This document shows, one piece after another, positions 28,759 to 43,446 of a stretch of DNA of 64,000 nucleotides. The stretch comes from Chrysomallon squamiferum (taxonomy: Eukaryota; Animalia; Mollusca). The translations under genes and the position numbers were made by a program. Position 1 is the first letter of the stretch. The number at the start of each line of letters is the position of its first letter. The notes under the pieces were generated by a model. That model had not been told where the DNA came from. It did no database searches and saw only the letters and a list, made by a program, of their open reading frames with translations. The stretch is taken from the NCBI GenBank assembly GCA_012295275.1, contig CM022667.1, forward strand, positions 3,968,001-4,032,000, in the 5' to 3' direction.

Positions 28759-28994
28759 AAACAACAACGATTGAAATCAACAAATAAACTTTCATCTTTC
28801 TCTCCGTTAACCTATTTTTGTGTCTCTCTTCTTTCAGTCTCTGCTTCTATATGTCTGTTTGTCTGTCTGTCTGTCTCTCTCCTTCTTTCTGTGCTGTTTG
28901 TCGATCTCTCATTCTATTTGTCATCTTCTTTCGACTTTAACATCTCTTATAATAATAATAGTAATAGTAATAAATTTAATAATAATAGTAATAT

Positions 28995-29027
<33 letters not shown>

Positions 29028-29186
29028 AAGTAGTAGTAGCAGTAGTAATAAGACGCAGAAGAAAAAGTAGATTCAGCAGTGGTAGTAAGATTGCAAAACT
29101 TCAGGGCTACTATTAATAAAATTAGTGGAGTAAGCCTAATAGTGATGTGAATAGTAAAAACAATATTAGTAATAAAAATACTAAAC

Positions 29187-29332
29187 AGTAGCAGTAGCAG
29201 TAGCAGTAGTAGTAGTAGTAGTAGTAGCAGCAGTAGTAGTAGCAGCAGCAGTAGTAGTAGTAGTAGTAATAGTAGTAGTAGTAGCAATAGTAGTAGTAGT
29301 AGAGTAGTAGCAGTAGTAGTAGTAGTAGCAGC

Positions 29333-29405
<73 letters not shown>

Positions 29406-29445
29406 ATAGTAGTAGTAGTAGAAGTAGTAGTACTAGTAGTAGTAA
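29187..29445. repeat. (AGT/AGC)n microsatellite
   Basis: Direct inspection. Confidence 0.9.
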
Positions 29446-30053
29446 TGCTGTAGATGAAAAACCGGAAGAGGTTCATGATCGATTATTTGAGAGTTTCAAT
29501 GTGTAAATTAGGTCAAAATCATTATGTAAATTAGGTCAAAATCATTATGTAAATTAGGTGAAATGAGATGCTTGTGGAGAGCAGGTCCAACGTGAGGAGG
29601 ACAAACGTTAAGAACGATAATGACTTTTTCTTGTAATGTCAGTGTCCAATAGGTGGCACCAGCGTCTTGATAACTGTAATAAATATTAATATCAAACACA
29701 TTCATACTGTTATCACGACAGCCAATTCACTAAACTGTATTTATAAATATTATCCAAAAGGAATGAATGAATGAATGAATAAATATATATATATATATAT
29801 TATGTGATATCGTTGTAGCTTTCAGTAATAACGCTTTTAGTTAACACTTAAAATTATGACAAGGAAAGAGGAAACTCGATTATACACCACTGCATGTGTT
29901 AGTTGTATTATATACAAATAATAACTGTAAATTCATTGCATGTTATTCTATCGCATAATCCTCCAGTCGCTTTTCATATTTCAGAAAACTTGAAATTTTT
30001 ATATATATATATATATATATACTCTCTTTATATAATAATAATAATAATAATAA

Positions 30054-30084
<31 letters not shown>

Positions 30085-30189
30085 AAATATAAATTAAAAA
30101 GAAAAGAAAGAAAAGAAAGAAAATAGATAAATAAATAAATAAATAAATAAAACAAACAAAAGACTGAAAAATTTCCTTATATGTATTTC

Positions 30190-30375
30190 CGATAATGATA
30201 TCAATACATTATGTTACAGTACTGATATTAATATATTAGGTTACGATAATGATATTAATTTATTACGTTACGGTAACTATTTTAAAATGTTACGTTAGGT
30301 TGTAATATTAATATGTTACGTTATGGTAATGATATTAACTCACTACGTTACGCTAATGATCAGTATTATGCTACA
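30190..30375. repeat. Degenerate ~27-bp minisatellite (gataatgatattaatatattacgttac)
   Basis: About seven diverged tandem units. Confidence 0.65.
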
Positions 30376-30848
30376 TAATTACATATGCATGTATGTATGT
30401 ATGTATGTATGTGTGTGAGTGTGTATGTATGTATGTATGCATGTATGTATGTATATGATATGATATGATCTACTTTTATTCTTAACAGTTTTATTGGGAT
30501 AAAATCTTGTGCGAAATTAAACAAAAGAAATATACTTTTTTTAAAACTGAACGACCAAGACAGTAGTGACAGTAAGAAATGGGACGTTGCATTTTGCACT
30601 TGATAGAGAACAGTTGTTATCTACCGCTTTATATTTTTACTTCTCACCGAGGCATCAGTTAACTCACACACACTCACACACATACACACGTATACAGACG
30701 TATGTATGTATGTGAGCATAGTGAACAACATAAAACTTCAATTTTCGAGAGATTGACCCACTATTAGGTTTACAATGAACTATCGCAGTTACCATATTGA
30801 TTATCATCATCATTATTATCATTGCTATATTTTATAATTATTATTTTT

Positions 30849-30880
<32 letters not shown>

Positions 30881-30898
30881 TAGATTATTATTATTATA

Positions 30899-30946
<48 letters not shown>

Positions 30947-31419
30947 TTCCACTAAAATCTAATTCTCTGTTCGGGTGAAATAAAATGCAAAAACAGCAAA
31001 ATTATTGATGGCACAACCGCCCTTCATACAGCTGTAGACCTGGATGCAAATCGAACTCGTCCAAGCAGCAGGCGCCACCAGCCGGTGTCGATTTGACCAT
31101 ATAGGAACGCGTTCGAGCTACAGTCTCACCAACCCGGGTGACATTGATTTCAAATCGAATGAAACCAGCCGTCGGCTGCTGCAACAGGTGTGGTATTCTA
31201 TTGTTAAAAAAAGCTTCATGCTAGAACTGAACACAATGCTTAATTAAAGATCTCCAAGTAGATTGTCATCAGATTTCGTTTGCCCGTGATGTTTCCATCA
31301 AATGAATGTATTGTCAGTGCACGTCCTCTCATAAATAACGCTAAGTTTCTGAACGTTTTGCTTAGATCACCAAGACTGGAACAGCAGCTGAGAACGATAA
31401 ACACACACACACTCTCATG

Positions 31420-31452
<33 letters not shown>

Positions 31453-31532
31453 TAACACCATCATACCTTTTTACTTCTTCTGCAGAGGTTGTTTCGAAAA
31501 TTAACCCACTGTGGTGACTATCATCGAAAAGG

Positions 31533-31566
<34 letters not shown>

Positions 31567-31983
31567 CAAACACACACACACACACACACAACACACACAC
31601 AACACACACACACACACTCACACAACAACAACACAAAAATAAAAACGGAATAACAGAAACCAGAAATCATTACATAAAATGATACCCTCATTAATATTTA
31701 TAACGTAAACATAAATGGGAGGAATTTAAAAAAAAGAAAAAAAGAAAAAAAAAAGAAATTTTCTAAATCTATAATGTACTGTGTTTTTGACAAGGCGTTA
31801 CAATATTGACGTATTTCGAATTTTTAACGTAGACAGATAAAATATTTAATAGATAGCAAAACAACCAAACAGCGGCAACAACGACAGCAATAATAATGAT
31901 GATGATGATGATGACGACTACGATTATGATGAAAATTTCTATCTACAAGGAAAATTATTTCAGCAAAATATTTAGACATCAGA

Positions 31984-32070
<87 letters not shown>

Positions 32071-32131
32071 TACATACATATAAACACATAAATATAAACA
32101 CATATACATACACAGACAATATTACACGTTT

Positions 32132-32162
<31 letters not shown>

Positions 32163-32506
32163 ATAATCCAGTTCAACAGTAAAAAATCAAAATGAAATTA
32201 AATTTGATTGATATATTTGAAAACGTTGATATATTTGGAATCGCCTTAGTGAAAAATTAATGAAAAGCTGTTTGAATATTTGCAACAATTTTGAATTCGT
32301 GAATATTTAATGAACTACATTATATTTTATTTTAAATTTTCTTCACTTATTATTAATGAATTATTGAAATATTAAATGCTGGTATTATTTATTACCATCA
32401 TCGTGATTATTGTTTGTTGTTGTTGTTGTTATTTGTTAAGTAATTAATTAATTATCACTGTTGTTGTTGATATTATTTTTCATCATCTTAATGATTATTA
32501 TTACTT

Positions 32507-32537
<31 letters not shown>

Positions 32538-33004
32538 ATTGTTGTTATTCGATATGATCACTTGTTTAATTAATTGATTAATTATTACTGGTGCCGTTGT
32601 TGTTGTTATTATTCGTCATCATCATTTATCATTGTACCATCTTCTGCTGAGCTAATTTCTTTCGCCATCTGTTGAATATTTTTAAAATAAAATTTCTATT
32701 AAACTAGTATTATATATATTATATACCTATTCTGTTCGAACAAACATCCATCAGCATTTCACATTTCACATTTATTCAGTTTATGTCCTTTCTGTCAAAA
32801 TTTAAAACTTCAAAGATGGCCAACAAATGTAATAATGTCTGATGACTTAGCTTTCCGGCCTCGTGTACAAAAATAAGTGACAGAAAAGATGTCATGAACC
32901 ACATTCTGGTAAAAATAATAAATTTCCAGCTCATAAATAAAGATACAGAAATTGTTTTCGCATTATCTGGGATCTTAGAATTAAAGAGTAAACAGACAGA
33001 TAGA

Positions 33005-33044
<40 letters not shown>

Positions 33045-33459
33045 TTAGGTCATTCCACAACTCGACTGATTTCGATTCTGACAACAACAACAACAATAAT
33101 AATAAAATTAATAATAATAACAAATAAATAAATAAATAGAAACGTTTTTGTACTCTTTTATTTTGGTCTCAGTGTAAAATTTAACCTTCTCAGACTAAAT
33201 CGTTTGGAAGATGGGCATCATGAAAATTTTCTTTTTTCTTCTGTTTTTTTTTTTTTTTTCTTTCTTTAATGGACTTGTCTACAACTATTTCATCAACAAG
33301 TAAGCCAATCTTCGTTGTCGCAGAAAAGGCAATTCCGTGAAGAATCCAGATATGGAAATGTTTTTACTTTAAGTCCAGGTTGAGGCTTCATGACTTTTGA
33401 CCTTCGGGGTCATGTGACCTTAAAACGAACTTTAGTCAGAATTGTATCCAAAGTAAAAG

Positions 33460-33510
<51 letters not shown>

Positions 33511-34359
33511 TCTCTTTTTAAATTGGGTGGCATTAATTTCCGACATACGAAATGCTCAGCAGAAGCACAACCCGTTAACAGTGTTGATCGTGTCTAGCAA
33601 AAAAAAAACGTAATCTACTGGTATTATGTTTTATAATGTAATCTTTTAATGTCGACCTGAAAAGTATTACCTCGCAAGATCTATTTCCTTTAATGCCCAA
33701 GAAGGTTTTATTTATTTATTTATTTTTTTCCCATTCCAAACAGACTGCTCTTTTGTTCGTTTATTAATCTTCAATTGTCTAATCTCTCACTTTATCAAAA
33801 TTTTAGCGCTGTCTGAATTATTATTTATATTAATGATTTGTGATACAACTGATTAATTAATGTAAAATAATAAAGAAAGAAAAAGAAAGAAACTGATACG
33901 AAGACTCAGTCTGTTGTGTCTTTCAGTTTAATTATTATTGTTGTTGCTATTGGTGGTGGTGGTGGTATTGTTTGTTCTAAGAGGGGAAATGAATGTACAA
34001 AATAGATGTATAAATAAATAATCGTAAAATCTGTGACTCAGTCTTTTGCAACATTTTATCATTTTTCAAATCTGTCATTAAAATAATAACTGAATATGAA
34101 AATAACAACAACAACAAACACAAGTAACAAACGAACAAACAGACAGATAGATAGATAGATAAAAGCTTTATTGTGTAGCTTACCGTTTCAGTGCCGGTCA
34201 CTTTCTCCCCTTTCTGAAAGAATCGACATCTGTTGTAATTTAAATAAAATCAAATAAAATTAAATGAAATAAACCAAACTAAATCAAACTAAATTAAAAC
34301 TGATTTCAGGAATTAATTATTTCTGTTTGCATTTAATGCTCTAAAATTAGGCCTACTCA

Positions 34360-34449
<90 letters not shown>

Positions 34450-34771
34450 TACGAAACAGTCAGTTTTAGACTTTGTTTTTCATTTATTGCGGCAATTAAC
34501 GATGTTTCTATTGATTAAATATGAAACAACGTACCCGTCACGTGATTAATGACGGATGACATTTTTACAGGAAGATAAAAAACATTTTTGTAAATAGGTT
34601 TGTACCGATCTTTGTTATATTTAAACAATTGACATTTGAATTAATAAATATAAATTTAAAATTATTAATCGACGCAACGGTATAAAAAAATTTAAAGTTT
34701 TGATTTGGCAAATTACAACTTTTGTATAATTAGTTTTCAGTTTACTTCATTAAGACTTTTACACATGAAAA

Positions 34772-34820
<49 letters not shown>

Positions 34821-34901
34821 TGCTGGTGTGGTTTTTGATTTAATACGATGAGTGACATTTCAGATAAACATTCATTTCAGAGTTTATAAGGATTTTCAGA
34901 A

Positions 34902-34959
<58 letters not shown>

Positions 34960-35025
34960 CTAAAATGTCGAGTTAATATTTATTTTCATTTCCAAAACCC
35001 AAGAATTCATCTGACATCTGTAACA

Positions 35026-38000
35026 ATGAAGAAGGCAAGACTGTCAAACACTTTCATAGGTCCATCAGGAATTCTAATGAAGGTATAAAATGTGTCTTTC
35101 TCTTTTCTTTAATTTATTATTATATTTTAATGAAAATGAACTGAATAAGTAGTAATAAACAAAAATATCTGAATACATTTTGTGCATATTTCTGTATCAT
35201 TTTAATTTAATTGGCTATATTTACACATTAGTTTTTGAAAAAAAAAATGGAATAAATTTTTACTATACAGTAAGTACTTCTACTACTAAGATTTAAATTA
35301 TTGTTATTGTCAACATTGTTATCATTGTTGCTGTTATTTGTTTGTTACTCAGAAGGTTAATGGTTCAGCATTATGTTCAACATCATCAAAAGACCCCACA
35401 TATCAGAATATTTTTGATATCAGTCCCAGCTTCAACAAAAATAATAATCTGCAGAATTCTGCCATGTCTGATTACCAGAACAACAAAACCTTTGGAATTA
35501 AACAACAATCAAATTATGTCTTCAGTCAGAACTTTCCATCAAAGAATAATAACATTTGGGAGTCATGGAAACAGATGAATGAAAATATTTTCAACCAATA
35601 CGACATCGCCAAAGAAAGGAATGGTGTAAGGTGTGAATATGATAAAGTACCGCAAAACACTAATATTTTGGATTCCCGTTCAGAAGAAGGGAGCAAAAAT
35701 CATAAAATGGTCAGAGCTTTGTCCAAGTGTTACTTGACAGTTACATGTCAGAAACTTGATAAAAAGACTATCTCTTTTTATAAAAGAATCTCAAACAAAA
35801 ATGACAAAATATCCTCCCAGACATCAGCCAGTCAGCTGACCATGAATAAAAAAGTAACAGAAATTGTAGAAACCTTCAGTGCATTTACTGCAGGATGTTC
35901 TGATGAACAAGAAAAAGAACTGTCTGCAACAGAAGTGAATAATCCTTTTGCTGCTGATACAAGTAATACAAAGATGGACTCTCCACCTGAAAAGGAAATG
36001 GCCTCTGCAAGTAATTATAAATACATTTCAGCTGATAAAACCGATAATGGACAAGAAAGACATTTCATAAATAAACATAGAATTTCTAAAAGGAAGAAAA
36101 AATTCTCCTTCACAAAATCAGCCACCTAACAGTTCCGAACCAAATGAAGACATTTTCTCAGCTCCTGTGCATTCTGCAGATGCTAATGAAGAAATGTTAA
36201 CTTCAGATCTGGCCTCAGATACAAACTGTGTTGTAAATGAGACAGATAAAAGTACTGGAACTCAACATGTAGAAAAACCAAAGACAAAAGATACATTAAG
36301 AAGGTCAGTGGTGACACGCTCAATGGCCAAGTATCCTCTTAACAAGCAAAATGAAAATGAAAGTAAAAAGTGTGATCCTAAAGAGCAAACCAGAAGTGAA
36401 AATAACAAGTGTGGTGTCAAGAAGCAAAACAAAAGTGAAGAATGTAATCTTAAAGAACAAAATCAAAGTAAAAATCAAGAAAGTAATCTTAACCAACAAA
36501 ATGAAAGTAAAAATCAAGAAAGTAATCTTAACCAACACAATGAAAGTAAAAATCAAGAAAGTAATCTTAACCAACACAATGAAAGTAAAAATAAGGAATG
36601 TATTTTTAATCAGCAAAATGAACGTGAAAGTGAACCAATGAGCCTTGCTGAAGAATTTGTTTCAAAACTGATTAACATTAACCTTGAGCAGTCAGAGTTC
36701 AGCCTGGACAGTTTGAATAAAAACAAGATTAACAACGACACCAAAGATGAAAGTTTCAGTGGAAGTCGGAGAGTCAGAGAAACAGTTAAAACTGATGAAG
36801 AAATTAAGATAATCAAAGTGACTAGTGCAGTCAAAAAGGTTAAAAGATTAGGAAGGAGAAGAAAGAAACATAAAAAAGATGGCAACAGTAACAGAAAAAG
36901 TGAAGAGAAACAAAGTGTTAACGAACTGAAAAAATGTTTAGACATGTTGAGAAGGGATAAGAAAACCAATGAGTCTTCAGTACCAGAACTTAATAACAGT
37001 GAAACAATAGTCATTGATGACAATGAAAATAGTGAAGCACCAAATCCAGAGACTTCAGAAACAAACAGAAAAACAGAAGAAAGTCAGAAACTTGTGACAG
37101 AGATTCTCAACACGTCAAATGATTCGCCTGTTAATGAAAATGATGCAAAAATTGTGAAGAAGAGCCTTTGTTTGATGAATAAGAAAGAGAAAAACAATAT
37201 TTGGAAAAAATCTTCAATAAAAGAAATAAAACCACCTTCTAAATCGAAAGGGAGACCAAGAAACAATTTGTCAGAGAAAACAAAAAAAAATACTGAAACT
37301 AAAACAGCAGACGGGAATGAAAACGAAATGAAGCCACCTGAGCAGGAGACCGACAAAAAGACATCAGCTTGTCCACCAACTCAAACAACTTCATCAGAGG
37401 TGGGGAAGATGGAAACATCAGAAGTGGGTAAAAGTCTCAGAGTGAGGTTCAACATCGTTTCTGGCAGCGACATCGTCAAGTGTCGTATGCGACTGCGCTC
37501 GTGTTCATACTGTCAGACGTTCAGAACACGACTGGCAGTGGTGTTGAAAGACCACGTTAAAAAGATGCACAAGTTCAGATGTGCAGCCTGTCACCTGGTT
37601 TTCCAGAACATGGTGTGTAGAAAGAGAATATGAGTGGAATGGAAGAGAATAGGAAAATTTAACATTATAGAACATTTTTTTTTTTAATTTAGTTTTTTTT
37701 TTAATTAAAGAATAGCCATTTGTGTTGTCAATTATAAGTATTTATATATTAATAAATTTGACTGATCAAAAATCCAAAGCTCAGTAATAATAATAGTAAT
37801 AATAATAATAATCATAAACATCATAAATATCATAACAACAACATCACCAACAACAAAATAAATAAATTATTAAAAATCAAAATTGAAAGAATTGACAGAA
37901 TGTATTATCTGAAAGCTTAGCATTATTGGGTCATTCATAGAATGAAATGGATTAAATATTGTTAATGCAACTTAAAATCTTAAACTTAACCAGTGAATCT

Positions 38001-40001
38001 GGCTTTTGAGGGTAACATTTCTTATGCAGATCAGACATAGAAAATTGTTGACAATTGTTAATTAAATATCTGGAAAATATGTCAGGTGAAAATTCTAGAT
38101 GGGTAAAGGTATTTTACTAATGAATTTTGTTTGTGACACATTTCTAATATTTATTCATTTTTGTTACTTATTAATTTTATAACATTTCAGAAAGCTGTAC
38201 GTGCACATCGCAAATTCTTTCACCAGATGGAGGAACATCACTGTGTGCAGTGTCGTAAGATTTTCCCATCATGCTCTGCATGCAAAACTCACAGCAAGTC
38301 TCGGAAACACAGCGATCTGTTACAGACTCGGAGAAACATGTTTAATGAGATGATCAGCATCATCAGCATATCAAACCCTGAAATTAAAGATGTTCTAGGT
38401 AAGTGTAAACACTTTTTTATTTCATTTTAGTTGGTTAAAAGAAATTTAATTACATCAAGCTAGCCATATTGGTAGTTACCAGTATGAGGTGAGATTAGGC
38501 TAGGCATAGTTTCCATTAATGTGCCTTGAACTAATTTATTTCATCAAATTGCATTATGTTTTGGCTTGTAATACCTGATGTTAGACAATTAATCAGTATG
38601 TTCGTTTTAATATTAATATTAAACAATTTTTTTTTAATATGTTTTCAGAATTAATTATATAAAATTGATAAGAACATGTTGTGAAAAAGAAAGCATTAGA
38701 AATGAATAACAGAATATAAGATAGTAATTTTTTAAACATTTGTCCTTTAATCTTTTAACTAAAATTTGGTATTAAAATTGTTTCCAGAAGATGACTCACT
38801 TACAGACAACACTGGTTACATAACTGGATTAAAAAATAACTTACCAGACAACAACAACAACAATCTGGACTCTTTTGATATCACTACAGCATCGTCCACG
38901 AAGTTAACAACAGTCACCAACCTTCCTGCCATGACAGGCAAAGGGAAGAAGACCTCTGAGAACAAACACTGTTATCATTATACTCCACTTGATAAGAAGA
39001 TCAAAAAATTAAATATCTATCTGCAGAAACACAAAGACTTATGCAAACAAGACTCGTTGCAAAATGCCTTTAACATTCTTGACTTTTCGCCTGACATCTT
39101 AATCAACGGTTCTTCACAAACTCGAGATCCTGTGGATACAAGTGAAAACAATGATTCAATTGACTTGGACGCCAGTTTCGTCGAAGAACTGGCCAAGGCT
39201 GTTTTAAATTCTGATTTGGATTCGAATCAGCAGTTCGGCACCAACTTTGGAACAGATTTCAGTACAGAAGAGTCGGATCAGAATGAGAAATCCAAGTGTT
39301 CCAGTTTCATGACTCTGCTCACTCAAGATGAAACAAATGTTAACACTTCTGAAGCACGTGATACATCAAGGACTGAACAGTTTCAGAGACCTCAGTCTGT
39401 CCCAGAACAAGAGCGAAGTGACACTGACATGGTGAGTCCAGATGCAGGGTCATCTTCAGGTCTTGTTATCGTTAACACCTATTCCTTGAATGGACAATCT
39501 CGAAATAATTTTACACATATGAACACTTCTGAAGATGTCGATTTACAACAAGTTTGTGGCAGATTTGAGCAGATCACTTATGGACAGAGATTAGATGAAT
39601 CCAGTTCAGCTGGACAGTCTCAGCTAGGATGTTCTGGAATATATCCGAATCCTCAATTTCAGGGAACTTCGGCATATCCAGATACTCGGTCTCAAGTAAC
39701 TGCAACATATCTCAGTGCTCAGTCTCAAGGAAGTTATCCATGTTCTCTGGGAACGTCCCTATCCTCTGCTTGTCAGGTGCCCATGGATTTGCAAGTTACT
39801 GATCAAAACCAGTCAGAAAGTACAGACCAGACACCTTCCTTCATACCTGAAGAGTATGCCAGGGGAGATAAAGACAAAGAGAAAAATGGTGAGGAAATCA
39901 AAGCAGAGTTGTTTAACTTGCTTCTTGAAATTGAAAAGAATGAGAGAGAATTTGAAGAGAGAGAGAAAGGTGTGACCAAGTCACCCATACAGTTACTGTG
40001 A
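35026..40001 (+). CDS. Uncharacterised large low-complexity protein with three C2H2 zinc fingers (frame break near 36100)
   Basis: Proposed exons: 35026-35082 (MKKARLS...ILMK|gtataa), 35353-37612 (needs a +1 shift near 36097-36102), 38191-38398 and 38788-40001. Fingers: CSYC-x13-HVKKMH; CAACHLVFQNM|KAVRAHRKFFH, which is completed across the 37612/38191 junction; and CVQC-x12-HSKSRKH. The rest is N/K/E/S-rich. The start exon is less certain. Confidence 0.75.
36345..36630 (+). repeat. 39-bp in-frame coding tandem repeat (NESKNQESNLNQ[QH])
   Basis: Unit aatgaaagtaaaaatcaagaaagtaatcttaaccaaca(a/c) occurs about three times nearly exactly, with degenerate flanking copies. Confidence 0.85.
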
Positions 40002-41918
40002 CTTTTTTTTTCCCTTCGTTTACTTTCTTTCTTTAATTTTTGATTCGTTTCTTTCTTTCCTTTTTAATTCTTTTTTTTTTTTTTTTTTTCAAAGATCTTT
40101 TGACATAATGTTAATTAGTTTTTGAAATGTCAGCTAGTTGATTTAGATTTTGTGAATGAATGTTATGGCTGGTGAATTATATTACAGTTGATGACAGTGC
40201 AGCAGCTATTTTGATAAATATATCTAAAAATGTTCTTCTTTTTCTTTGTACTTGTTTTCCTTGCAACTGAGTTTTAAACTCATCCCAGTTTACTGATGTT
40301 AAACATATTGCTTTATCTTGTTACTTAAAATTGTTTTTGTTTTTTTAACTGTTTATATTAATACATATTAAAAACTTAAATCAGGTTGATAATATTGTTA
40401 CTGGGTGGTTATGTTTTGAGGTTGAAATAAATGATGGGTGAATCATTATTATTGTTTAATGACAGTTTTTGAAAATTATTTTCTACATTATAAGAAAGCA
40501 ACTGAAGTATAGAAAAAAAAATTTCTTATTGGTTTTCAGTAATTCTCAAATCACCACAACATGAACCATGTTTTAATATTCTTTTGATTCAGTGTAATGT
40601 TTATGCTAATAATTAAAAACATTTTAAACTTTTAAATATTTTTATGTCACTATTATTGGTAAAGATAATACAAAAATTATATTTCTATAGTTTTTATACA
40701 TATTCTTTCTCAGTTATGTAAGTTTCTTTTTATAATGTTTTATTTGTAGTTTTAATTTTTTCTGTTCATTATATTGATGTGTTTTGTTTAAGAATATTTA
40801 AAAAAAACATCTCATTACAAATATTTTGATGTTGTTTTATAAGAAAATATAAAGAAAATATAATCAAAAACATAAATTATTAAGTAAAGTTTGTCTATTG
40901 TTTCCAGGTATTTTTTTATTTATCATTTTAAGTTTCTTTTATATTATTATCATTTTATTGTTACCTGTAATCTGTAATTGTAATCCTAAGATATAAATAA
41001 CAACACATTCAGAATCTTTTTTAAAGTTAAAAAATTAAAATCAGGACATTGATTATTTAAAATAAACAAATTTAAACTTTTCTTTTTTCTATATCATAAA
41101 TAAAAATAATTTTAAGTGTGATGTTAAACTAATAATTATTTCTGACCTGTTATTTTGGAATCATTTTAAAAAGATCATGAATCTGTATGTAACTTGGTAT
41201 TCTGAAGTGCACTTACTTTTTCTGTAATTATATTTCGACATTGATGTCTTTACCTTGTTACATATATAATGTTGCAGCAGTTGTATTTGGGGTTTTTTGT
41301 TACGTTTTAAAAAATAATTTTTAATCATACCAGTATTTTTGAAAACATAATCTGATCATATAGACTGCCATTTTAATCTTTTTGTTGAATATTTTTTTCT
41401 CGTTTGATAAAGACTGTTATTTCAAGATATGAATAATTTTGATTTGTTATTGCTGTTTTTAATTTTTGTGTTATTGTAATAATTCTTATTGCAAATAGTC
41501 TTTGTTTTGCAAGAAACATGATTGGTTTCTTTTGTTACAGGAATATTTTGTTGTTGCTGTTTTTCATTATATCTTTTTATTGTTGTTGTTATGGTGCCAA
41601 AGAATAAAAATCATAAATTGTTTAATATGAACAGCAAGGCTTACAAATTGCTACATTCCTTATTTTTCAGTTTGTTATTTGAAATGTGTTTTGTTTTATA
41701 CAGTGGAGCTGTGAATTCTTTTATTTAATTTTACTTGATATTTAATATTTTGATATTACATTTATAATCTGGTGATTAGTGCTTTAATTTTTAAATATTC
41801 AAAATTTTTATGTGTATTTTTGTGTATGATAATTACAAAAATGGGAAAAAGAAAGACTCTTGATTAACCATTTACAAAATCATTGGGTAATACGTGAGTG
41901 TGTGTGGGTGAATGAGTT

Positions 41919-41967
<49 letters not shown>

Positions 41968-43309
41968 CATGCATCCTGGTTGAATGGGCTTGTGTATTAG
42001 TGAGTGTGTGTATGTGTGTTTCATGACTTTAAACAAAAGACTGTTTCATTTTGTTCTTGTTTCTCAAATTTATATTTATCATGTTGATTACTAGCTTCAG
42101 TAATAATTATATTTCTGTTGGGTTTTTTAAAATCATTTTGTAAATTTTTTGTATTTGGCATTTAGTTCTTTAGCATTTTAATACAGTTCTAAAACTACCT
42201 TCAGTGTTGGTCATGCAGAAATGATTTTACCTCTACATTATTTTTTTAATTACTTTTTGATGTTGCTTTTTAATGTAAAGACGAAACATTAATCAGATTG
42301 TCATATTTTTATGCAGTTTATTTTTGGTTCTTTGTTTTTAGTTTAAATTGTTTCTATATTAAGGAAAATAAAAAAAAAAACTTTTTTGTGTTTAGATGAC
42401 TTCTTTGTTCATTCATCTTTTCTTCTACTTCTACTTCTACTGCTGCTACTGCTGCTGCTGCTTATGATGATGCTTCTAGTACTAAACCCACCATTATGAT
42501 ACTGCTGTTTAAAGTTTTTTCTTCTTTCTTTCTTTTTCGTTCTTTCAATTTTTTTTTTTTTTTTTTTACTTCTTTATTTTTATATACAGTATTTTGTAAA
42601 TGCAGTTTTCTTCTTTCTTTCTTTTCTTCCTTTCTTTTTTCATTATTTTTTTTTTTTCATTCTTTCTTTAATTTATTGTATATACAGTATTTTGCTTTCC
42701 TCAAAGGGGGTTCCCTCATTTGTGTTTTTGTTATGTCATTACTTTTATATTTTCAAACACTACAAATAAGATAATATAATAATCACATACAACATCATCA
42801 TCATATTCATTTACGACATTTGATCTTTGATAAGCAAAAGAGAATCAACAGACTAATTTATTGATTTGCTGAGTTTAAGCTGAGTTTAATTGGGACTTTA
42901 AATCATATACAAGTTACAAATTATGCATTTCTTTCATAGTTTGCCAAATTACATACAAATATTTGGGGTAGGAGGTACTTAATTTTGGTTACCAAAATGT
43001 GGGGTGTTCTCAAAAAAAGGATCGGCCATAGCAGTTTGTGTTGCTGTCGTCTGAAAAGTCTGTTTGATTTAGTAATTATGTGGCATATCATTCTATTTTT
43101 AGATAATGTTTTCTTTGTGATAATAATGTTGATTACCGCGACAGTTATTAGCATGTTCGATTTTTATGAATGTTTGTATATATATAAGACAATTAACAAT
43201 AATTAAAGTTGGTAATTAACCGATAGAAAAAATAAATAATAAATAATAATAAAATTTCATTTTGTATCGTAAGAAAGTGCGTCTTATCCCCAGGAAAACA
43301 AATATGACA

Positions 43310-43346
43310 AGACGTCATCAGCTCTAAGGAAAAAAGCTGACGTCAT
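43310..43346 (+). promoter_or_regulatory. CRE sites upstream of the F-box gene
   Basis: Perfect TGACGTCA at 43338-43345 plus GACGTCA at 43311, about 100 bp upstream of the ATG. Confidence 0.4.
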
Positions 43347-43446
43347 AATCACTATGTCGTCATAACATGCTAATGAAAGTTGGGAAAGAACTTAGTTAAA
43401 AGGATTTAACATTCTATAAGTGATATTCCAGAACACTATAGCAACT

